From positions 1 to 50,111 of the forward strand of contig JADGEP010000001.1 in NCBI GenBank assembly GCA_016744275.1: 50,111 bases of DNA, read 5' to 3'. The position numbers and the translations under genes are program-made. This DNA is from Candidatus Krumholzibacteriia bacterium (GTDB taxonomy: Bacteria; Krumholzibacteriota; Krumholzibacteriia; LZORAL124-64-63). The first letter of the stretch is position 1, and each line of letters starts with the position of its first letter. Below the pieces are notes generated by a model. The model made no database searches. It was not told where the DNA came from and saw only the letters and a program-made list of their open reading frames with translations. This document shows, one piece after another, positions 43,063 to 50,111 of this stretch.

Positions 43063-44602
43063 CAATTCGAATGCCGACATCGATCCGGGTCGTTTCAGTG
43101 ATCTGATCATTCTGCTTTCGGGCGGCATCAACCAGCGACGGTTGTATTTCGACACGCACCCCAAGATCAAGAAACAGAGCGAATCATTCGCCAGTCAATT
43201 GCGCGAACGTTTGAACAACTCTGGCGAGACGGCCTTCTTTTTTGGCGTGCTCAACGGCAAGTTCATCCGCGATGGCAAGTACCTCATCGGGCCGTCCATC
43301 GCAGGCAAGAACCTGATCGAGTTTGCCGAAAAAATGTGCTGCGGCGGGTTTCTTTTTCGCAAGAGTGTCGAGGCAGAGGAAGTGGCGGCCTTTTTCCGGG
43401 TCTCGGCCGAATTGCGCGACCCCGCCGACAATCTGGATGAAGCCCGGGCGCTGTTTGCTTCCGAAGGCATCCGCAATATCGAACTGTCGCCGTTTTATCG
43501 CGAAGCGGGCTCAAGCCAGAACGTCCCCAGCCAGGATCTGTCGCTGATTGATCCGGGCCTGATCCAATTCGACTTCAGCGAGCACGACGACGAAGACGGC
43601 GGCATGGGCAAGACCGTCTCCGAAGAACTCGCCCCGCTGTTGCCCATCTTCCAATCCATGTACGAAGCGGTGACGGACAATAACATCAACATTTCCCGCG
43701 ACAAGGATCTGGACCTGGCCCAGACATTTTCCGTGGGCGAGGACCTGCACGATGTCTCGGACCGCGAAACCATGGACATCATGAACCTGATGCGGTACCC
43801 GGATTACGACAGCTACACCATCGGGCATTCGGTGCGGGTTTCCACCCTGGCGCTGACGGTGGGCCGGGAAATGGGTTGGCCTGAAGAAGGCTTGGCCGAG
43901 TTGGCCACCGCCGGCCTGTTGCACGACATCGGCAAGGCCAAGGTGCCCGAAGAGATCCTCTACAAACCCGGCCGCCTGGATGCCGACGAACGCAAGATCG
44001 CCGAAAGCCACGCCGCCATTGGCGCCAATATTTTGCTCTCCCGCGGCGAAGCCAGTCCCTTGGTCATTGCCGGTGCCTGGGGTCACCACATCCGCCACGA
44101 CGAAGGCGGCTACCCGCCGCTGCCCGAGTGGGCGGTGCTCAGTCCCATCGCCGGGTTGATCCAAATTTGCGATGTCTTCGAAGCCTTGACCGCGGCCCGG
44201 CCCTACAAGTTGCCGATGCCTCCGCGTCGCGCCTTTGAGATCATCCTCAAGGACAGGACCGCATTTTGTCCACGTGCTCTGGCGGCGCTCATCCGCTCGA
44301 TCGGTTTGTACCCGCCCGGCAGTGAAGTGATTCTGAATGATGGCACCCGCGGTTATGTAGTGCGCAAGGGCCCGGATTGGGAGCAACCCGAAGTGCGCCT
44401 GACAGAATTGAAGGATGGCACCAGGTTGGACAAGGAAGACCAGGTCGTCAAGCAGTTGCACATCGAAGAAGACCTCGAAGTGGCCGATTTCCTCATGGTG
44501 GGCCTGGATCCGGAACAGTCCGAAGGCGGCGACGCCACCAAGGAACTGATTGAGGAGACTTCGCGGGAAATCGACGCCATCATGGAAGACGCGACGACCT
44601 GA
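43046..44602 (+). CDS. HD-GYP domain protein, module 2 partner B (paralogue of 39314-40747)
   Basis: ATG 43046 (GAGAGGGA upstream) overlaps the upstream gene by 17 nt. Motifs TIGHSVRV, LLHDIGKAKVP, ESHAAIG, GHHIRHDEGGYP and CDVFEALTAARPYK. Confidence 0.85.
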   Translation: MISTDSNSNADIDPGRFSDLIILLSGGINQRRLYFDTHPKIKKQSESFASQLRERLNNSGETAFFFGVLNGKFIRDGKYLIGPSIAGKNLIEFAEKMCCGGFLFRKSVEAEEVAAFFRVSAELRDPADNLDEARALFASEGIRNIELSPFYREAGSSQNVPSQDLSLIDPGLIQFDFSEHDDEDGGMGKTVSEELAPLLPIFQSMYEAVTDNNINISRDKDLDLAQTFSVGEDLHDVSDRETMDIMNLMRYPDYDSYTIGHSVRVSTLALTVGREMGWPEEGLAELATAGLLHDIGKAKVPEEILYKPGRLDADERKIAESHAAIGANILLSRGEASPLVIAGAWGHHIRHDEGGYPPLPEWAVLSPIAGLIQICDVFEALTAARPYKLPMPPRRAFEIILKDRTAFCPRALAALIRSIGLYPPGSEVILNDGTRGYVVRKGPDWEQPEVRLTELKDGTRLDKEDQVVKQLHIEEDLEVADFLMVGLDPEQSEGGDATKELIEETSREIDAIMEDATT

Positions 44603-44620
44603 TTTCTGGGTTGGGATAGA

Positions 44621-44653
44621 AAAAACACCCCGGTTCATCACCGGGGTGTTTTT
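44621..44653. terminator. Bidirectional rho-independent terminator
   Basis: aaaaacaccccgg-ttcatca-ccggggtgttttt, between the second HD-GYP gene and the convergent bactofilin gene. Confidence 0.85.
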
Positions 44654-44675
44654 ATTTCAGCGCAGGCTTGTGGAT

Positions 44676-45095
44676 CTACTTCTTCAGCGTCTCCGGTTGC
44701 TTGGCCGCGTTCGGTGTCGCTGGTGCAGGCGTCTTGCGCGTGCCCGAACCCATGGAGCAATTGCCCTCGAAGAACACGCCTTCGTCGATCACCAGACGCT
44801 TGGTCTTGATGTCGCCCTCGACGTGGGATCCGCTTTGCAATTCGATTTTGTTTTCGGCCACAATGTTGCCAAAGAGCTGGCCGCCAATAATGGCGTTTTT
44901 AACATTGCAGTTGGCGTGCACGACGCCCGTCTTGCCGATGACCAGGCTTTCAGGCGTGCCGATGTCGCCCTTGAATTCGCCTTCGATTCTCAACGTGCCA
45001 TTAACAACGACCGTGCCATCAAACTTGCATCCTTGCGCAATGATGGACGTCTGGCCGGAAGCCATGGTCTGATTCTCGGGTTCTTTGTTGAACAT
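44676..45095 (-). CDS. Bactofilin (DUF583 polymer-forming cytoskeletal protein)
   Basis: Beta-helical repeat pattern GCKFDGTVVVNGTLRIEGEFKGDI...GVVHANCNVKNAIIGGQLFGNIVAENKIELQSGSHVEGDIKTKRLVIDEGVFFEGN, with a disordered Pro/Ala tail. AAGGAGG SD; start at ATG 45095 or 45101. Confidence 0.85.
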   Translation of the reverse strand: MFNKEPENQTMASGQTSIIAQGCKFDGTVVVNGTLRIEGEFKGDIGTPESLVIGKTGVVHANCNVKNAIIGGQLFGNIVAENKIELQSGSHVEGDIKTKRLVIDEGVFFEGNCSMGSGTRKTPAPATPNAAKQPETLKK

Positions 45096-45188
45096 CTTCA
45101 TCCTCCTTGACCCGTGCGACTGGGGCGCCGGGTGTTCAAAATGCGGAGCCAAAGCGCCACATTAGCACCATTGACTGATTCGTACAGC

Positions 45189-45995
45189 CTATTTCTGTTC
45201 GGGTTCTCCCGCCACGATTTGGCGTGGGTCGATGGCCTCGCCCTGCTCCCAAATTTCGAAATGCAGGTGGGTTGCCGTTGTCTGTCCGGTGTTGCCCACG
45301 TAGGCCACAACCTGGCCCGCAGCCACGCGGTCGCCGTTATTGACCGCGCTGCGGCTGCAATGGCCGTATACGGTTAAGTAACCCATCCCATGTTGGATTT
45401 CAACAAAGTTTCCCAGGAAATCGTCAAACCCGGTGCGGGCCACGACACCTGCTGCCGACGCCACAATCGGGCCGTCTGCTGGCCCGGCGATGTCGATTCC
45501 CAGATGAGGTTTGATACCCCGAGCCTGGCTGCCTTTGACAAACTCCTGAGTTACAAAACCCGCGGCTGGCCATTGGCTCGGGCGTGGGCTTTGCACCACT
45601 GAGGCAGCCCGTCGCATGCCTTCAGCCGATGAACCAGGGCTTTGGTCGGCCCAAACCGCCATCAGGGTATCGCCTTCGGCTGCGCCGAGACCCTCGACCC
45701 CCAACATCATCAGCAATTGTTCCTGGGCCTGGCGCATGTCTTCCAGATGCACCGCCAATTCATGAGCCACCTGAACCTCGGCCCGGGATTTCTCCAACTG
45801 TGATTCCAATTCCATAATGGCCTGTCGCTCATCATGTTTGGTGGCAAAGCTGTGCATCAGCAAGCCTAAGAAGCCCGTAAATATCAGGACCAACAGCAGC
45901 AATAGAAACACCACGGGGCGACTGATGCCGTACTCCCGTGAGGCGCGTTCGTCCGATGACATGACAATGATTCGAGTATGGGCTGGAATCCCCAC
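45189..45995 (-). CDS. M23-family (LytM-domain) metallopeptidase with N-terminal TM anchor and coiled coil
   Basis: HLGIDIAGPADGPIVASAAGVV (HxxxD) and GNTGQTTATHLHFEI (HxH). GTG 45995 sits 4 nt after AGGAGG; ATG 45962 is an alternative. Confidence 0.85.
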   Translation of the reverse strand: MGIPAHTRIIVMSSDERASREYGISRPVVFLLLLLVLIFTGFLGLLMHSFATKHDERQAIMELESQLEKSRAEVQVAHELAVHLEDMRQAQEQLLMMLGVEGLGAAEGDTLMAVWADQSPGSSAEGMRRAASVVQSPRPSQWPAAGFVTQEFVKGSQARGIKPHLGIDIAGPADGPIVASAAGVVARTGFDDFLGNFVEIQHGMGYLTVYGHCSRSAVNNGDRVAAGQVVAYVGNTGQTTATHLHFEIWEQGEAIDPRQIVAGEPEQK

Positions 45996-46026
45996 GAGTC
46001 CTCCTGGGCTCGGCTCAAGCGTCCGA

Positions 46027-47487
46027 TTACTGACCGGTCGTGTCAGCGGATTCGTCAGCTTCGGCTTCGTCGTCAATCAGGGCCAATTGGCCCTTTCGGT
46101 TCCCCTGGCCGCTGCGAGCTCGCGGGAACCACAAAGTGAAGGTCGTGCCGCGGCCCAATTCGCTGTCCAGTTCGATCCGTCCCCCGTGTTCATGCACGAT
46201 GCGGGCCACAATCGAAAGCCCCAGGCCCGTGCCTTTGCCGTAGTCCTTGGTCGTGAAGAATGGCAGGAAGATGCGCCCCTGGGCCTCTTCGGGAATGCCC
46301 TCGCCGGTGTCGGTGAAACGCACGCGCAATTCGCCCGCACCGCCGTCATCCAGCACGATATTCACGGCCCCACCTCCGGACATCGCATCCAGGGCATTGG
46401 CCAACAAATTGAAGAAGACCTGCTCCAACTCGTTCCGGTTTCCGTACACGGCGGGTTCCGTTTCGTGGACAATATTCAATTCGACATCGGCGACTTTCAA
46501 CTTTTTTTCCATCAGATAAATCGTATCGCTGATGATCTCTGAAAGGTCGACTCGCCCACGTTCCGATCCGGTCGGACGTGCGAAGTTCAACAGCCCTTTG
46601 ATGATGCCGCGGCACTGTTCTGTCTGTCGGATGATGCGATGAATGTCTTCGCTGTCGTCTTCATCTTCGATGGTTTCTTCGAGCATTTGCGCCGACAACA
46701 GGATCGCTCCCAGCGGCGTATTCAACTGGTGGGCGATGCCCGCTGCCAGTTGTCCAATGCCCGCCAGCTTTTCGGTTTCACTCATGCGGCTTTCGAGTTG
46801 TTTTTCGCTGGTCACATCGCGAGCAATAACGGTGAAACTCTTGTCTTTTTCCGCCATCGGGCCGCGGCCTGGCTGGATGTAGGAAAACGTCAGGCTGAGC
46901 TGGGTGACCGCTTCGGTGTTCTTCTTTTTGACCTGGACTTCATAGGTGAGACTGCGGCCAACGCGTTCGACATCCTGGAAAATTTCCAATACCGGCACAT
47001 CCAGGCCGGTCTTCAATTGGCAGATGTTGACACCCAAAGCATGGCGGCGGTAGACCCCAAAAAGTGTCTCCGCTTTTTTGTTCCACTCCTGCACGTGGCC
47101 TTTGTGGTCGAGCAGGAAAATGGCCTCGCCGGCGTGGTTGATGATGCTGCGGTACTTGTGTTCGCTGCGCCGCAAACGCAGGTGCCCCAGCTCCCGCACC
47201 CGAAGCCTGAAGAACATGCTCCAGCCCACCACCAAAAGCAGAAACTGAAAGGTGCCGGCTCTCAGCATCCCCGTGATAATCGCGCCGGATTCCCACTCAT
47301 ATTTCCACAGCGCCGGCAACGACCCGGTCGCCTGAAAGGCCCGGCTGAGGCTGACGATATTGTAGCCCAGGTAGAGAAGCGAACCCACAACCAGCAGAGA
47401 TAGAATCAGGCGCAGTTTGAGGATGCGCCCTACCGAAAAGCGGCGGGTGAAAAAACGGTAAACGCTCGTTGACTTGTTCGTCTTCAT
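46027..47487 (-). CDS. Membrane-bound PAS-domain sensor histidine kinase
   Basis: Two N-terminal TM helices. PAS-like YRSIINHAGEAIFLLDHKGHVQEWNKKAE. H-box AAGIAHQLNTPLGAI. N-box FFNLLANALDA. G1 FTDTGEGIPEE. G2 GKGTGLGLSIV. Confidence 0.9.
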   Translation of the reverse strand: MKTNKSTSVYRFFTRRFSVGRILKLRLILSLLVVGSLLYLGYNIVSLSRAFQATGSLPALWKYEWESGAIITGMLRAGTFQFLLLVVGWSMFFRLRVRELGHLRLRRSEHKYRSIINHAGEAIFLLDHKGHVQEWNKKAETLFGVYRRHALGVNICQLKTGLDVPVLEIFQDVERVGRSLTYEVQVKKKNTEAVTQLSLTFSYIQPGRGPMAEKDKSFTVIARDVTSEKQLESRMSETEKLAGIGQLAAGIAHQLNTPLGAILLSAQMLEETIEDEDDSEDIHRIIRQTEQCRGIIKGLLNFARPTGSERGRVDLSEIISDTIYLMEKKLKVADVELNIVHETEPAVYGNRNELEQVFFNLLANALDAMSGGGAVNIVLDDGGAGELRVRFTDTGEGIPEEAQGRIFLPFFTTKDYGKGTGLGLSIVARIVHEHGGRIELDSELGRGTTFTLWFPRARSGQGNRKGQLALIDDEAEADESADTTGQ

Positions 47488-47497
47488 AGTCGATCCA

Positions 47498-48448
47498 CTA
47501 CAATTCCGTATCCACGCCCATGATCTTCAGCAATCGGATCAGGTCGTCGTCCGAGTAGAACCGCAGCTGAATCGACCCTTTGCCCGTTTTCGAATCGCGA
47601 TCAATGGCGACAGGAGAGCCATAAACCTGTTCTGAACGTTCCATCAGTGCCCGCACCGTTGGGTCCACTGCAGCCATCTTCGCTTTGCGGGTTTTGCGGG
47701 TGGGCTTGGCACCCCCGGAGCGGGCTCGCGCCTCACAATCGCGAACAGACAACCCTCTGGTATAACATAATTTAGCCAACTGCAACCGCGCGGGCCCAGG
47801 TGGCATTCCCAGCAAAACCTTGGCGTGTCCCTTGGAAATTTTCCCCTCTTGAAGCAGCCCCAGGATCTCTTTTTCGAGAGATAGAATGCGGACCATATTA
47901 GCCACACCGCTGCGGCTTTTGCCCAGCATCGCCGCTAATTCTTCCTGAGTGGCGCCATAGGCCTCCATCAGGTTGCGGTAGGCCTCGCCTTCTTCAATAG
48001 GGCCCAAGTCTTCGCGCTGGATATTCTCTAACAGTGCGATCTTCAAGGCTTCGGTTTCTTCGTAAGAACAGATCAGGACGGGAATATCGGTCAAGCCGGC
48101 CAAACGACTGGCCCGCACCCGCCTCTCACCGGCAACCACGCTATAAAGCAGTCCTGCTGCCGGCGCCAAGCTGTCCGGATGCTGCCTGGCGCTCTCGCCG
48201 CCGCTCAGCTTGCGTACCAAAACCGGTTGCAGCACGCCAACCTGCTTGATGCTTTCCGCCAATTCAGCCAACCTTGCCTGATCAAACAACTTACGCGGCT
48301 GATCAACATTGAACCCAACCGCCTCCAGGGGCACCGTGCTGGACAATTCATTGCTCGTCGGCGCGGCTACAGGGCTGGGTTCACCTCTGAAATCTGACCC
48401 ATTCAAGAGGGCGGACAACCCTTTGCCAAGGACCCGGTTCTTGCTCAT
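47498..48448 (-). CDS. parB: Chromosome partitioning protein ParB/Spo0J
   Basis: LGKGLSALL N-terminus. ParB box VVAGERRVRASRLAG. HTH TQEELAAMLGKSRSGVANMVRIL. Two parS sites lie upstream of parA. Confidence 0.92.
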   Translation of the reverse strand: MSKNRVLGKGLSALLNGSDFRGEPSPVAAPTSNELSSTVPLEAVGFNVDQPRKLFDQARLAELAESIKQVGVLQPVLVRKLSGGESARQHPDSLAPAAGLLYSVVAGERRVRASRLAGLTDIPVLICSYEETEALKIALLENIQREDLGPIEEGEAYRNLMEAYGATQEELAAMLGKSRSGVANMVRILSLEKEILGLLQEGKISKGHAKVLLGMPPGPARLQLAKLCYTRGLSVRDCEARARSGGAKPTRKTRKAKMAAVDPTVRALMERSEQVYGSPVAIDRDSKTGKGSIQLRFYSDDDLIRLLKIMGVDTEL

Positions 48449-48502
48449 CTTCGCACCCCTCCTGCACCAAATTCGGCGCAGATCTGTTCTTGGATTCTAC
48501 GA

Positions 48503-49261
48503 CTAGATGTTCTTGGCGATCACTTCTTGAGCCAGGTCCAGATAACTGCGCGCCCCGACGCAGTCCACATCATAAAGCAGGATTGGCTTGCCAAACGACG
48601 GCGCCTCGCTCAAACGTACATTGCGCGGAATCTTGGTTTGGTAGACCGTTTCGCCAAAGAAGTCGATGGCCTCTTCTGCGACCTGATTGGACAACTTCAG
48701 GCGGCCGTCCCACATCGTGAGCAACACGCCCTCCAACCTCAGTTCTGTATTCAACCCGCGCTGCACCAACTGCACTGTGCTTAAGAGTTGGCTCAAACCC
48801 TCAAGCGCATAGTATTCACACTGGATGGGGATCAGAACTGAGTCCGCGGCGGTCAGCGCGTTGAGCGTGAGCATGCCCAAACTCGGCGGAGTGTCGATGA
48901 CGACAAACTCATACCGCTCCCGCAGCGACCCGACTGCTTTCTTGAGGAACTGCTCCCGGTCTTCCTGAGTGACCAATTCCACCTCAGAACCGGCCAGGCG
49001 CCGGTCCGTCGGAATCACGTCCAAATAGGAAATCTTGGTATTCTGGACACATTCTGCGATCGACGCCGACCCCAACATAAACTCATAACTGGTTCCGCCA
49101 TTGGGGCTTACACCGACCCCGCTTGAAGCGTTGCCCTGGGGGTCCAGGTCGATCAAAAGTGTTCTTTTTTCCGCGACAGCGAGACTGGCGCACAGATTAA
49201 CTGCTGTCGTGGTCTTGCCGACTCCACCTTTTTGGTTGGAGATGGCGATGATTTTACCCAT
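48503..49261 (-). CDS. parA: Chromosome partitioning ATPase ParA/Soj
   Basis: MGKIIAISNQKGGVGKTTTAVNL (deviant Walker A), plus DLDPQGNAS and VIDTPPS. ATG 49261 preferred over the longer ORF start. Confidence 0.92.
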   Translation of the reverse strand: MGKIIAISNQKGGVGKTTTAVNLCASLAVAEKRTLLIDLDPQGNASSGVGVSPNGGTSYEFMLGSASIAECVQNTKISYLDVIPTDRRLAGSEVELVTQEDREQFLKKAVGSLRERYEFVVIDTPPSLGMLTLNALTAADSVLIPIQCEYYALEGLSQLLSTVQLVQRGLNTELRLEGVLLTMWDGRLKLSNQVAEEAIDFFGETVYQTKIPRNVRLSEAPSFGKPILLYDVDCVGARSYLDLAQEVIAKNI

Positions 49262-49361
49262 GGCGGAGGCCCGCCTTTCCTCGATTAGTGGTGTTTTGCT
49301 GCAGGAGGACAATCTACAAGGACGGGTGTCTCGCCGTCAAGAACTCGCGGGACAGCGCTCG

Positions 49362-49377
49362 TGTTCCACGTGGAACA
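49362..49377. promoter_or_regulatory. parS: parS centromere site 1
   Basis: TGTTCCACGTGGAACA is a perfect 16-bp palindrome that fits the canonical TGTTNCACGTGAAACA parS consensus. Confidence 0.85.
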
Positions 49378-49398
49378 AAGCTGCGCCGACAGGCCCCT

Positions 49399-49414
49399 TG
49401 TTCCACGTGGAACA
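49399..49414. promoter_or_regulatory. parS: parS centromere site 2
   Basis: An identical TGTTCCACGTGGAACA copy 37 nt downstream of site 1. Both copies lie in the rsmG-parA intergenic region. Confidence 0.85.
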
Positions 49415-49428
49415 GTCCGGCGCTGTTC

Positions 49429-50109
49429 TTAGGAAGACACTTTATATGTGCTCAAGACCAGGGAGGCCGCGGCAGGGCTCGTGGATTTCGGAGAAACCAC
49501 CTGTTGGCGTTGCGGGACACAACGAGCGCCGGCGACAACTAACGGTTCAGACGGAATTTCCAACTCCGCCACCAGGGCCTCAGACCATTTTTGCCTAGGA
49601 GGGTAAAAGCGGGCAATCACCACGGCCCCGCCTTCCGGCAGGGCGCGCTCTCCCAGCGCTTGATTCAATCCGGCCAAAACAACCGGGTCGGGCAAACGCA
49701 AGGCCTTCATGGATACCAACGCACGGGTGAGCGGAAAATCAGCCACGGTGGGAGTTTCGCCCCAACGGGCATTCCAAACGTGTACTGGATGATCGGGCGT
49801 GATTTTGTTCAACCTCTCCAAAAACCAGGCCCGCTTCTCTCGGGGCTCGACCAGCCAAGTCTTCAGAAGGGGCAACCGACTCGCAAGCAACTGGTGCCAA
49901 ACAAAGCCCGGCAAACCACCACCAGAGCCCAGGTCAAAATAGCCCCAACAATGCTCCCGAGCCGACGACAAACCCTCCACCTCATCCAAAGCCACCCATG
50001 CATCCCGGCACTGCCCAATCAAGCCGGCCGTCCGAGCCATGGTGTCTTTACGGCTCACCAGGTTGATCTGCCGGTTCCAACGCATGACCTCTTGCTGGAA
50101 TTGCCCCAT
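49429..50109 (-). CDS. rsmG: 16S rRNA (guanine527-N7)-methyltransferase RsmG (GidB); N-terminus may run off the window
   Basis: WNRQINLVS near the N-terminus. SAM-binding FDLGSGGGLPGFV. LVEPREKRAWFL. Classical position upstream of parAB. The ORF reaches within 2 nt of the window edge. Confidence 0.75.
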   Translation of the reverse strand: MGQFQQEVMRWNRQINLVSRKDTMARTAGLIGQCRDAWVALDEVEGLSSAREHCWGYFDLGSGGGLPGFVWHQLLASRLPLLKTWLVEPREKRAWFLERLNKITPDHPVHVWNARWGETPTVADFPLTRALVSMKALRLPDPVVLAGLNQALGERALPEGGAVVIARFYPPRQKWSEALVAELEIPSEPLVVAGARCVPQRQQVVSPKSTSPAAASLVLSTYKVSS

Positions 50110-50111
50110 GG

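Noticed and set aside
45996-46076. An N-terminal extension of the M23 peptidase ORF to 46076.
   Set aside because: It would overlap the 3' end of the histidine kinase gene by 50 nt. An internal GTG at 45995 follows a strong AGGAGG.
49262-49428. An oriC / DnaA-box cluster in the rsmG-parA intergenic region.
   Set aside because: Only the two parS palindromes are evident. I found no TTATCCACA-like boxes and no AT-rich unwinding element here.
1-50111. CRISPR arrays, rRNA/tRNA genes, IS elements, integrases or prophage genes.
   Set aside because: I saw no regularly spaced direct repeats, no T-loop/cloverleaf candidates in the intergenic regions, and no transposase or integrase-like ORFs. The only mobile-type module is vapBC.

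Overview
This is a 50.1-kb chromosomal window that is densely coding. I call 38 CDS and saw no rRNA, tRNA, CRISPR array, transposase or integrase. Giant secreted proteins ending in an NPFNP...Y(F/Y)(Y/V)RL FlgD-Ig-like/T9SS-type sorting domain, together with lipoprotein and beta-barrel genes, point to a diderm bacterium, probably FCB-group or an allied candidate phylum. Left to right, the window holds the following. (1) Three giant secreted repeat proteins: one LVIVD-repeat protein and two tandem Ig-repeat paralogues. (2) A divergent pair of a MarR-like regulator and a small thioredoxin-like protein, with a palindromic operator between them. (3) An S41 peptidase and an MBL hydrolase. (4) A four-gene cluster of unknown membrane proteins. 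(5) A translationally coupled two-subunit ATP-citrate-lyase-like enzyme whose alpha-type subunit is unusually long. (6) An eight-gene minus-strand operon: GbsR-like regulator, SDR, non-canonical KAS III, Na+/solute symporter, acyl-CoA ligase, lipoprotein, beta-barrel and lipoprotein esterase. (7) An orphan alpha/beta hydrolase plus vapBC. (8) A prolyl oligopeptidase, a beta-propeller protein and a DUF2779 nuclease. (9) Two tandem paralogous two-gene modules, each a large HEAT-like protein followed by an HD-GYP protein. (10) An origin-proximal block reading rsmG, 2x parS, parA, parB, PAS histidine kinase, M23 peptidase, bactofilin. My best candidates for something undescribed are: the duplicated HEAT-like/HD-GYP modules, whose two partners share an N-terminal domain and whose HHE signature is degenerate; the envelope-spanning uptake/activation operon built around a Cys-only KAS III; the long ACL-like enzyme with a perfect 12-bp inverted repeat in its leader; the mosaic tandem surface-protein paralogues; and a near-palindromic 10-mer (ATACTGTATA) that recurs four times. 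All functional calls rest on motif recognition by eye. No database search was run.
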